64,000 nt of DNA from Chrysomallon squamiferum (taxonomy: Eukaryota > Animalia > Mollusca): contig CM022670.1 of the NCBI GenBank assembly GCA_012295275.1, forward strand, positions 39,370,001 to 39,434,000, read 5' to 3'. Of the stretch, positions 54,167 through 64,000 are shown piece by piece. The position numbers and the translations under genes were made by a program. The notes under the pieces are model-generated. The model was not told where the DNA came from and ran no database searches. It saw nothing but the letters and a program-made list of their open reading frames with translations. Numbering within the stretch: the stretch's first letter is position 1; every line of letters starts with the position of its first letter.

Positions 54167-54579
54167 GGAGTGTGGATTCATTTCTTGAAACTTTGAAATG
54201 CAGTATCTCTGTCAATTTTATAGTTATCTTCAGCATTTTTTTTTTATCTGGTTTTGAATATCTTTCGATTTGTGTAAAATACATCTGTATGCAACAATAA
54301 TAATAATAATTAAAAAACAAAATGCATACGGATTCCTTACGATGTTATTCAACTTATTGTTAAGTTCAGTTTAACTTTAAGTTGTTAAAAGTAAAGAACT
54401 ATCTTTTCAGCCCTATCATTCATTACCTCTGGCTTTGACAATCTTTGATCCACAACTTCATAGTCAGTTAGCTCTTCTATGCATATAAAATCTTCAAAAC
54501 CCTTTTTATTGAAGAATGATGGAGCAATTTCAACTCGTTTCCACTCAGTTTTGGGTTTCACGTGCATAAAACCAGCCAT
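45176..54579 (-). CDS. DDX24: ATP-dependent DEAD-box RNA helicase DDX24 (MAK5), complete, 17 exons, about 944 aa
   Basis: Exons: 54427-54579, 53251-53674, 52809-52913, 52369-52517, 51644-52090, 51008-51193, 50236-50346, 49824-49948, 49358-49488, 48964-49082, 48617-48794, 47944-48047, 47358-47475, 46611-46707, 46177-46257, 45568-45728, 45176-45321 (sum 2835 nt, phases consistent). Motifs: Q motif [80 protein letters not shown]24-type traits: N-terminal IEELTDY, DMSAW, and a large acidic insert between motifs I and Ia. Confidence 0.96.
45729..46176 (-). other. U12-type (minor spliceosome) GT-AG intron, DDX24 intron 15
   Basis: 5' splice site CT|GTATCCTAA; branch site TCCTTAAC (45738-45745) followed by only CACAACAAG| and no polypyrimidine tract; splicing keeps the frame (EKEL-LDMGDIQ). 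Confidence 0.85.
48270..48640 (-). repeat. Tandem repeat of about 65-80 bp that includes the 3' end of DDX24 exon 11 and its splice donor
   Basis: tattaatacctgtaaacttgtcaa occurs at about 48335, 48462, 48544 and at the real junction (48608); a partial copy lies at 48415. Confidence 0.92.
50535..50610 (-). mobile_element. SINE 3' tail remnant ending in (TTCA)n
   Basis: Reverse complement gtttgacagccaatagctgatac...gtgtcgttaaatattcattcattcatc. Confidence 0.5.
54077..54165. repeat. (ATT)n microsatellite in DDX24 intron 1
   Basis: Seen directly. Confidence 0.95.
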
Positions 54580-55556
54580 CTTTTTACTGGTTTACAATAT
54601 TTTGCTGCGCTGTTACATATAAAATTGCCTCTACGACTATGCAGTATCAGTTAATAAATCCGTTATCCTCGAAATAATGTGTTTAACATGTAAATAAACA
54701 TTTAATTGTTATTTTGAAATAATAATAATAATACAAAATTAATTTAATGTGAAGCTAGAATAGTGAGGAAAGAGTTCCGATTACTCCTTCAACTGATTTA
54801 AAAAAAAAACAATAATAATTAGGAACTACTTAAAAAATTAAATAAACTAGCTAAACACAAGTTATCTCCCCTTTATTGATTTCAGACGATCGTCGTATCA
54901 AACGATCTGCCAAATAAAAACAAATAAACGTGTTGGTATTACTTGTTTTATTTTTATTGATATACATATATTTTGGGAGGAGGTTTAGTTTTTTGGCAAT
55001 ATTTCACTTACTAAATAATTATTTGTAAATATCTCTGATTTTTCTTGGCGCTATTTTTAATTGGGATTTCCAGGAGGTTACGAAAATGAAATCAAAATAT
55101 ATAGTTATTATTTTCATGTCAAATTACTGTAAAGTCATAAATATATTTTATGAATGATAAGATAACTATCCAGTATTGATGCCTCGGTTGTTTACACAAA
55201 ATCGTTTTATATGTCTTAGGGACTAGGAAAACAAAAAATCGTTATTAGTATTACACCTTTACTGTAAATTACAGTTTACTGTTCACAATTATTAGAGTTA
55301 AATGCGTAGATTGTTATTAATATAATATATATATATATATATATATCAGCTTAGATATCAGACTATTTTCAGTAAATTTGTAATATGTATTTTCTTGCTT
55401 TTAGAACATTGAATAAATCACAGAAATTCATTTGTAGAAAAAAATAACCAATGTTGTTAATAAAGCCAGAATTTTATTATTATTATAATGCCAGAATTTT
55501 ATTATTATTATAATAAATTAATAATAATAATTTTTTTTAATCTTAGCTAATTAAGA
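54580..55556. promoter_or_regulatory. Divergent (bidirectional) promoter and 5'UTR region shared by DDX24 and NSMCE1
   Basis: Head-to-head ATGs at 54579(-) and 55557(+), 977 bp apart; local CpG cluster (gacgatcgtcgtatcaaacgatc near 54886); the acceptor tcttag| at 55546 just before the NSMCE1 ATG implies an upstream non-coding exon. Confidence 0.6.
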
Positions 55557-58487
55557 ATGACAGCAATGAGACCAAGTCATCAGATGTTTCTACAGGCATT
55601 TATGTCACGAGGGATTCTTGATGCTAAGGAAGTGAAATTAATGTATAAACAGTGCTGTGAGAAATATAAAGGTTTTTATTTCTAATATTTTTACATTGTC
55701 AGTAGATGTTAATCAGTTTTTTATTCACAGGTTTCTTTTTCCTTTCTTTGTTTTTTTAATCTGATAAATGTTGATATTTTTTTTTTTTTTAGTTTTGTTT
55801 TAATAAATTATTGAAATATCTAACTGATTACTTTGATAAAAAATAAAAGACTGCATAAAAGAGCAGTTTTCTTCTTTAAAGAAAACCAAAAGTAAAAACC
55901 CTCAAAAAAGTTTAAAAAAAGAAAGAAACAGTTTAAAATGTCTTTAAAGAATTAATAAAAATAATTTTCTACTTCTTCAGAACAATATAGTGAGAATGAA
56001 GAAGACAGAAGACGTGGCTTAGCTGAATTTGTGCGAACAATTAATTCTAACCTTCATCCTTTACACATGGAAATAAAGAAAGGTGTTAATGAAGATGATG
56101 GCTCAAATTATTATGGTTTGGTAAGTAATAAATAGTTTTAATAATTATTTTTCTTAAATAACAAATACTTACTTTAAATTAAAATAATATTACTGGATAA
56201 AAGATAAGAATTTCTGTGTATTTACATCAAAGATACGCTAATGAAGTAGTGTTCTGAGGTTAAAAGAAAGATTCCATATCTTTTTACAGTTTAAAATACA
56301 CATTCATAAATTTCAGTTTTCATTTTCTTATTTCAGCCATTTTTGATATTATAATGACTAGTCTACAGTATCTCAGCTTACTTTAAAAATACACAATTAC
56401 CTAGGTTATGATGAAATTGGAAAATGAAATCTTTTTTTCAGTTGTTATTTTTTTAAGTAAAATTTTTGAAGCTTTGTCTTTCTGGTAACTCATAACATAG
56501 CCAGAATTAGTACTGTTGTTTATAATTAATGTATGATTAATTAATTTTTTAATTAATTAGCATGATAATTCTGTTCGGTTTTAAATAACTGTCCTTTCTA
56601 CAGGTGAGCATTAGTGAATCGCAGATTACAAAGATGGCTTCTGATTATACACCAAATGAACTGGAATTTTTCAAGAAGATTGTAAGTCAAAATTTAAAAA
56701 TATGTACAAATTACAGATCTTCTCTCTCATTGTCTGACTGGTCCTTGTCCTAAGCCATACATCTATAAATAAAATGTACTGAGGACTCTATTAAATAAAA
56801 CATTTCCTTCCTTACTTCCATTTTACCTTCAGTCTTTTTAAAAAATCACACACAATTAAAATTATTAAAGTCTACATGAAAGATCTAATGAATATTGGAT
56901 GTCTGATTATAACTGGATCTTAATGATGTGAATTTGTTTGTGTTGAATAATTTCAGGTGGGATTAATTGTTGAAGCTGAGGAAGGAACAATCAGTTCTAT
57001 TGAAGCTTTGAACCAGACTGAAAAACTGGATAAAAAAATTAGTAAAAACGATGCTCAGGATCTTTTAGAAAAGCTAAAGCTTGAAAAATGGATATCACTT
57101 GTGAGTCATACAAGTTTTCTATTTTGTCAGCAGTTAAATCTATTTCATTCACCCATCTTTTCACTGAACCAAACACAATTTTTATTATTTGATTAAAAAA
57201 TTATTTGAAGTGATTACTAAAATATGTACATTATATTTCTAAAACATTGTTTCAGGCAAATGGACGTGTGTCTTTGGCAACTAGAGCCATATTAGAATTA
57301 GAACAATACATCAAAGAAGTCTATCCAGAAACAGCAAAAATGTGCAATCTGTGCAAGAAGCTTTGCCTCAAGGTTTTATTATATATATATTTATCTTTTT
57401 GAAAATTTTATAATTCTTTTATTTTTTGCTTATAATTAGATATAGGACCTAGCTTGGTATGTACAATTTAATTTTGTTAATTATTTTAACTTTATTTTAA
57501 AGGGTCAAATTAAATGATGTTCCTTAAATTAACAATTTTATTTTATTATTTATTTTATTTTGTTTATTATTTTAATTGTTTATTCAAAGTGGATAGTAAT
57601 TATTTTAATGATGTTTCTTTTATTTTATTTTTTATAGTTATAACTAGTGGTGATATTTGTGAAAATAAAGGAAAGAGCAGTATTTAAACACAAATTTAAT
57701 TGTTTGGTATTTTGATCATTCCTCTTAATACTAAAATTGATTGTGACTGAGGACCATTACTTTTATTTATTTATATTTGATTGATTGTTAACTAAATTAT
57801 CTATTTTCTTAAATCTATGTTAATACTGGAGGAGTTAACAACAGTAAATACTTTTAAAGTTTCTTAACATTATTTTTGAAGTTCGGTCCTGTTACATTAT
57901 AGGGTCAGAGTTGTGACGAATGTGGAACTAAACTTCATTTGCACTGTGCTTCGCGGTTTTTCTCTGGCCAAGATGACCCACACTGTCCAGCACAAGACTG
58001 TGGAGCTATGTGGGTACATGAAATAACAAGAAGAGGTTGGTTCATGCTTTTATGCTATTTTTATTTTTTATAATATGAAGTGTACATGTTTTTAAATAAC
58101 TGAAGAATGTTTCTCAGTTCAAAATTCATTTTTTTTTATATTATCAGTATGAATTGTTTTTTGAATGAAACTGTGTTATGTTGTATTAAATGAAAAAAAA
58201 AAAAAAAAAAAATAATAATAATAGAAAGTGGGTAAAATAAAATCATTTGGTGTCACCATTTTTAAATAATTTCATCTTTCATGTTTTAAATCAATTACAA
58301 AAAAAAAAAAAAAAAAAATTCTTTAAAGATATATTTGATCAAAATATGGTTATAGCACATGGTTGAAAACATAAAATGTTTATTATTTCCTTTTCTCTTG
58401 ATTTTTTTTTTTTTAAAATTCTCTCCAGAAACTAATTCACATCACCAGACTCCAGTTGAACGATCAGGAAGAAAAAGAAGACACTGA
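55557..58487 (+). CDS. NSMCE1: Non-structural maintenance of chromosomes element 1 (Nse1, Smc5/6 complex RING subunit), complete, 7 coding exons, 261 aa
   Basis: Exons 55557-55671, 55981-56120, 56604-56681, 56957-57100, 57256-57372, 57903-58035 and 58429-58487 (786 nt). Translation MRPSHQMFLQAFMSRGIL...INSNLHPLHMEIKKGVNEDDG...TKMASDYTPNELEFFKK...RAILELEQYI...CNLCKKLCLKGQSCDECGTKLHLHCASRFF...CPAQDCGAMWVHE matches the Nse1 winged-helix domains plus C4HC3 RING-like domain. Confidence 0.95.
56720..56815 (+). mobile_element. SINE 3' tail remnant in NSMCE1 intron 3
   Basis: ttctctctca...tggtcctt...gccata...taaataaaatgt..tgag...ttaaataaaacatttccttcctt; same tail as 16921-16990(-). Confidence 0.5.
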
Positions 58488-59702
58488 AGCTCTGATATAA
58501 TCTTATAAAAAGTAAACTGTTCTAATTCACACAGTTCTGTTTCCACTTGTTGCCATATTTCCCATTTTATCATTCATTTGTTCATTATATACATAAATTT
58601 CTTTTTCACGTAAAAATGATACATTAAATGTATTAGTCTGACTTCATTTTCACTGCTTTATTTTAAAAAGTGGAAATCATGGATAGTTTTTTAGATTCAT
58701 CTCTGAGATGAACCCAGAATGATACTGACTGTGTTTCCGTTTATCAGTTGAAGTACATCATCTGTTTCTTATTAACAAATTTATCTTGTAATCCTCATGG
58801 GAAGCTACTGAAAATGTTCCTATAGAGTTTAAAATATTTAACTGAATGATGTATATTTAGTTAATATGAATGAGCAGAGCTGAGGCCTAATTACATTAAA
58901 AGTTCAATCCTGAGGACTCGCATTGAGTAATCTTTTTCTGAGGAAACGGGTAACAAATGATTTTCATTTGGTTGTTAAGGATATCGTATGTAGAGTGGGA
59001 TCAGCACATTTTCTTTCTAAGTTCATCATTACACAAACATAAAAATTAATAATAACATACTGAAGAGTCATTCATTCATAGAAGATGTGAAAAATAAATT
59101 ATAATGATAAATGCATACAAAGATTGTCAAACACAAAATGATAACTAGAAATAAAAATATAATATATTGTATTGCATTATTATAAAATAAAAAATGTTTT
59201 TGTTTCTTCCTTTTCATATTTGAATTGTGAACATTCATGGGACAAGCTGAAACCTCTACCATTCACACTTCTGCTTATGTCATAATGTTTTTATACATGT
59301 ACAGTATGCATTGAAGATTATTTTATACAGCTTCCAATTTTGCATTCTTTGATACGTTTAAGAAACCAGAATCACACTTTTCAAAAGTTTCATTTTAAAG
59401 CATATTTATCACTGGTCACAAAAGTAACTAGTATCTTCATTTTTCTGTCCAGGCTGTGTAAACTGCAATGTAATAAAAATTCTGTTATAAAAATACAATA
59501 AAAAAAAAATTAAAAAAAAAGAAATTAAAAAAAAGAATGAAAGAAAGAAAGAAAGAAAAAAGATGAAATTGAATAAAATTAATCATACTGAAAGGTTACT
59601 TATTTGTTATATGTAAGAACCAAAATATTGTATTTACTATGTTTCATTATAAGTTATCGATACCTGCAATTTAAAGAATAAAACATCTGGAAATATATTT
59701 AC

Positions 59703-61935
59703 CTATGAAGGCACAGCAGACTGTAATATACATTCACCATTCATACAGACCTGAAAATAACAAAAATATTATAATAAATAACAACAGCATTTATGCCTGA
59801 CTTTGGAAAAGCTTCTAAATGGCTCGTGTGGATTCTGAGATCTATTGCTCTTCGTTTGAGCACTATGAAGAAAAAGTCAGTTTTAAGTTAAATATTAAAG
59901 TATATATATACCTTGTAATGTCCACAGGCTGTACCATCAACAGCTGGTTCACGTCGTTTAATTCTGTATCCTCCAGTCTCACAACACAATCTCTCGCACC
60001 TTTCTTCTAATGGATAATGTGAAAGCTGTAGACAAAAATTACATAATATTTTAACAGAGCAAAATGTTGTTATTATGTTATTAAGATAATTTTTAGATGT
60101 ATTTTCTCACTGATAGGCAGCATGTACCACAGCCTTTGATATCAGTCACTTAGCAGGAAACACATTACTTAATTCACACCACTAATAATTAAATACTTAC
60201 AGGACAGGGTTTTCCATTGACGTAGTTTTGACATTGTTGAGCCAGAGTCATGTATTTACCAGGCAGCTGTTTGGGAAATGTGTAACCACTGTTTCCAGTC
60301 TTTCGTAGACATTTTGAATACCATATTCTGCAAACCAACAGCATAAACTGTGTTAGAACTGGAGCGCATTTACTGATGTCATTGCTTTTTAACAATTATT
60401 GAATGATAAATATCTTTCCTTTACATTTTGATACTGCTTATTGGATAAATAGAAAATTAAATAAATAAATAAGTTGCTGAAAACATGGTTCGTATTTTCT
60501 TTATTTCGAATAATTATTGCAATACTGTTATTTTATGTGTTTATTTATTAAATAAATCATACTTATTGATGAACTTTTTGATGCTGGCTTTTGAACATTC
60601 TGAAAAGCGTGTGAATTTTGAAGCTTTGTCTCTCTGGTAACTCATAACATAGCCAGACTTCACAGGACAAGCTGCACTGTCTGCCTCACCATCATGATGA
60701 GCCCCTAGACTAGAACAAATAAACTTGTGTCATGTCAGAATTACAATTACCACACCTGCTGTATAAAAATTATAACCATATTTACACACAAATATAAAGA
60801 CAATAGTCATAATTAAAAGGTAAATATTTAATAATTAAATTTAGTTCAGATTTCTGTCAAAAAAACAACAAACAAACAAAAAAACGATGATTATAAATAA
60901 ATAATAAAATAAAATGAACAGAATTTAAATCCTTTTTAAGGATGTAAAATAATGTTTAAATGTAACATATAAGTTATAATATTTCTTACAGGTGGCCAAG
61001 TTCATGCACCGTAACAATAACTCCTTTAAAGCTTTTGCCCACTTCAGATATGGCTGCATCAAATGAGAAATTAGGAAAAGTGTGAGCTGTGATACAGGCA
61101 CCCTTAACATAACCAATACCTGCAATTGAAATACAAAGGAGAAAACATATAATTTTATATTAATAATAGGAACTGTTTTTCAGTTTTATTCAAACTTAAT
61201 ATTCTTATTTTAATATAATTTTAATATGGCTGGTCATATAATGTGTATGGCAAAATGAGAAAGATAGGGAAGAAAGGGGTTTTTAATTTTCAAAAATAAT
61301 AATTTATTCTGATATTAAATGTAATTAAATATATCATTTAAGATATGATTTAAGATTCTATCAATCTCACCTGAAGTTAGCGAATTGCAGGAACCTTTTT
61401 TTTTTTCACACAGATCTTCACTAAAAAAAAAGAAAATAAGAAAAAAATTATTTATACCAAAAACAACAATTTTAAATCTATATCGTATCAGTTTTTATAA
61501 TCAGTTTGATGGTTTGTGTATATTTAAATATATAGCTTTTAGAACTAATCTTAAATAAATTTTATATAACTGTTCTGACTTATTGTTTGAGCTTTCTGAA
61601 AACCAATGAAACTGTGTTTCTGACTGAAGTGTATTAAGTACTGTATTTTAAAATGAATCAGATTGTGTTACATAATTTTAATTAAATAATTTAATCTTAG
61701 TAGATTGTTTACATACGCTGTGTGGAGAAAGGCAATGTCATGATCGACAAACTTTCTGTTTGATTCGTACTTCTTCATCCAGTCTCGAAATCCTTTCAGT
61801 GTGTCACGTAAGGAAATCTGCTTAGAGCCTTGTTGTAACCTGCTTCTCTCAATGAATGGCTGATAATAAGGAAGCTTTGAAGAAAATGTAAATTATACAT
61901 ATTATTATACATTGTTGTTGTTAATATTATCATCA

Positions 61936-61967
<32 letters not shown>

Positions 61968-62051
61968 TATCATTATTATTATCATTATTATTATCATTAT
62001 CTTTATCTTTATCATCATCATCATCATCATTATCATCATCATTATTATTTA

Positions 62052-62088
<37 letters not shown>

Positions 62089-63646
62089 GGCTACTTTTAT
62101 ATAGATCTACATTTTTATAACTATAAATGGTTTTTTGCTAATAATGAACTTACTGAAAATGCACCATACTGTATTAATTTTAATTTTATTCTTGGATCCT
62201 GTAACATTCTAAATTTGAATGCAACCTGAAAAACAATAAATCACAGATTATATATAGACACATATTTAAAATTAATACTTGAAATTTCATGATTATGATA
62301 TATGCAGGATTTCAAAAAAGGTGAAAATACTTTTATGATATGAAGGCTTCATTACAAACAAAATGTAATGGCAGCAAAAAAAATGAGGGTCTTTAGGTTT
62401 GCAAACCTTCAAAAAACTGTGAATGCATTAGAATAAAAAAGTAATTTGTTTGTATAACAAAGAAAAACAAGAACATTTATTTTGTAATAGTTATCTGAGT
62501 TTACTTTTATATTACTTTTATATTATTGTTGTTTCATAAAATTGTAGAAAACTTACTGCATGCCAAAAATGCATCAAAAATAAACCAAGTTCAGCAATAT
62601 TGTTATCAAACTGTTTAAAAAGTTTCACATCGATAATCACTAATGCTTCAACAACAACAACATTTCTGTCGCCATTGACATCATCATCATCGTCATCATT
62701 TAAATCACGTCGCCTTCGTATTTTTATAGTTCTCTGTGACAACTGGTTTCTGAATGACGATACTCTGACCTGCTTTGATGTAAAAGTTTCTTTCCAGTTA
62801 TTTTCATTCTGGAACATTTCAGGAACTGAAAACAAGAAAAGAAAATCAGAGGCAGAAATTACCTATTGATACTAAAACACATTGTTTACGATACCAAAAA
62901 CACAGTGAAAATGATTATTGATGTTATATTAATGTTATTCTGTGTACGTTGTTCCGTTATAATCAGTTTGTGTTACCATCAATGTAGTCCAGTGTTGCTT
63001 CTTCGTTACGTTCATAATGTTGTTGTTGTTGTTGCTGTTGTTTCCAGAAGGTGTGTTTCTCAGTATGTAGTGCTCTGCGATGACGTCGTTGTGATCCTGG
63101 TGGTGCTATGATGTATTCGTCATTGACAACACCTTCCTGTAGTAATACACCACCATTATAAATCATTCATATCTACAACAGTCTATTTAAATACCATTAA
63201 AAAGTTTTGTTAATATCATTAAATATTTATTTATTTATTTATTTATAATATTTATTTATTTATTTATTTATATTTTATTTATTTATTTATTTATTATATT
63301 TATTTATTATATTTATTAATATTTATTTATTTATTTAACTTATCTTTATTTATTTAACATTTATTTATTTATTTATTTAAAGTATCTTAATTTATTTATT
63401 TTTATTTTGTATTTTGCAAGTCTCTCTTTCTTTCTCTCTGTCACTGTCTCTGACTGAAGGTGAGATGGATTATGACTGTAATGTGTCAATATGTTTATTT
63501 TAGTAATTAAGTGTAATTTGTTTTAAAAATGTTTTAATAAAAATTCATACCACTAATGTGTTATCAAGAATGTCCTTTGTTACACTGACAATTGTCCCAG
63601 AGGTTTCATTGGAAAAAAACTGTCGACTATGGATATGAATGTGTTC
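59703..63646 (-). CDS. Secreted reprolysin-family (M12B) ADAMTS-like zinc metalloprotease without TSP1 repeats; the 5' end lies beyond the window
   Basis: Exons 63551-63646, 62977-63136, 62557-62825, 62154-62225, 61717-61874, 61371-61420, 60990-61119, 60563-60709, 60201-60327, 59912-60025, 59703-59750, phases consistent. Prodomain (EGVVNDEYIIAP), furin site RRRR/DL, VEALVIID, DHDIAFLHT, GIGYVKGAC, zinc motif HELGHLLGAHHD, Met-turn GYVMS, FSECS, then Cys-rich LPGKYMTLAQQC...CERLCC...PAVDGTACGHYKVCMNGEC and stop. Confidence 0.93.
61910..62090. repeat. Compound ATT/ATC microsatellite
   Basis: Seen directly. Confidence 0.9.
63220..63410. repeat. (ATTT)n low-complexity tract
   Basis: Seen directly. 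Confidence 0.9.
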
Positions 63647-63881
63647 CTGAAAGAAAAATGTATTTATTATTTATTTTACAAAAAACAAAAATGAATTGAT
63701 ATCTGATATTAAACTATTGTTTTTTGAAAAAGTAATTGTTAGTGAGCTGCTAATCAAAAAGTATTTTATATTTTTTTATTTTAATTTGACTTCTTTTCTT
63801 TTTCCCTTTACGCACACACACACACACACACACACACAGACATTTACTTCATTCTGCAACAGGTATAAACATCAAATATTT

Positions 63882-63920
<39 letters not shown>

Positions 63921-64000
63921 TGGGTAACTTAAAGTGTTGTGTGTTTTGTTGTCTCTTTTTGTCTCTTCCCTTTGTTTAATGTATAAATTACACAAGAATT

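Overview
AT-rich, microsatellite-dense eukaryotic genomic DNA from an invertebrate, probably a gastropod mollusc (inferred from SINE remnants and intron-rich genes). Nearly all ORFs in the track are spurious; the real genes are spliced and were assembled exon by exon with phase checks. (1) 3' half of dystrobrevin on +, 7 exons from 13913 to 38591, with long introns and an acidic Tyr-repeat tail. (2) Complete 17-exon DEAD-box helicase DDX24/MAK5 on -, 54579 to 45176, about 944 aa. (3) Complete NSMCE1 (Smc5/6 RING subunit) on +, 7 coding exons from 55557 to 58487, 261 aa, head-to-head with DDX24. (4) 3' part (11 exons) of a secreted reprolysin/ADAMTS-like M12B metalloprotease without thrombospondin repeats on -, 63646 to 59703. 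I found no convincing novel multi-gene system. The best observations are a U12-type (minor spliceosome) intron in DDX24, tandem arrays that duplicate real splice sites (decoy acceptors in dystrobrevin, decoy donors in DDX24), a 42-bp copy of the metalloprotease Met-turn exon inside an NSMCE1 intron, and candidate alternative first and last dystrobrevin exons.
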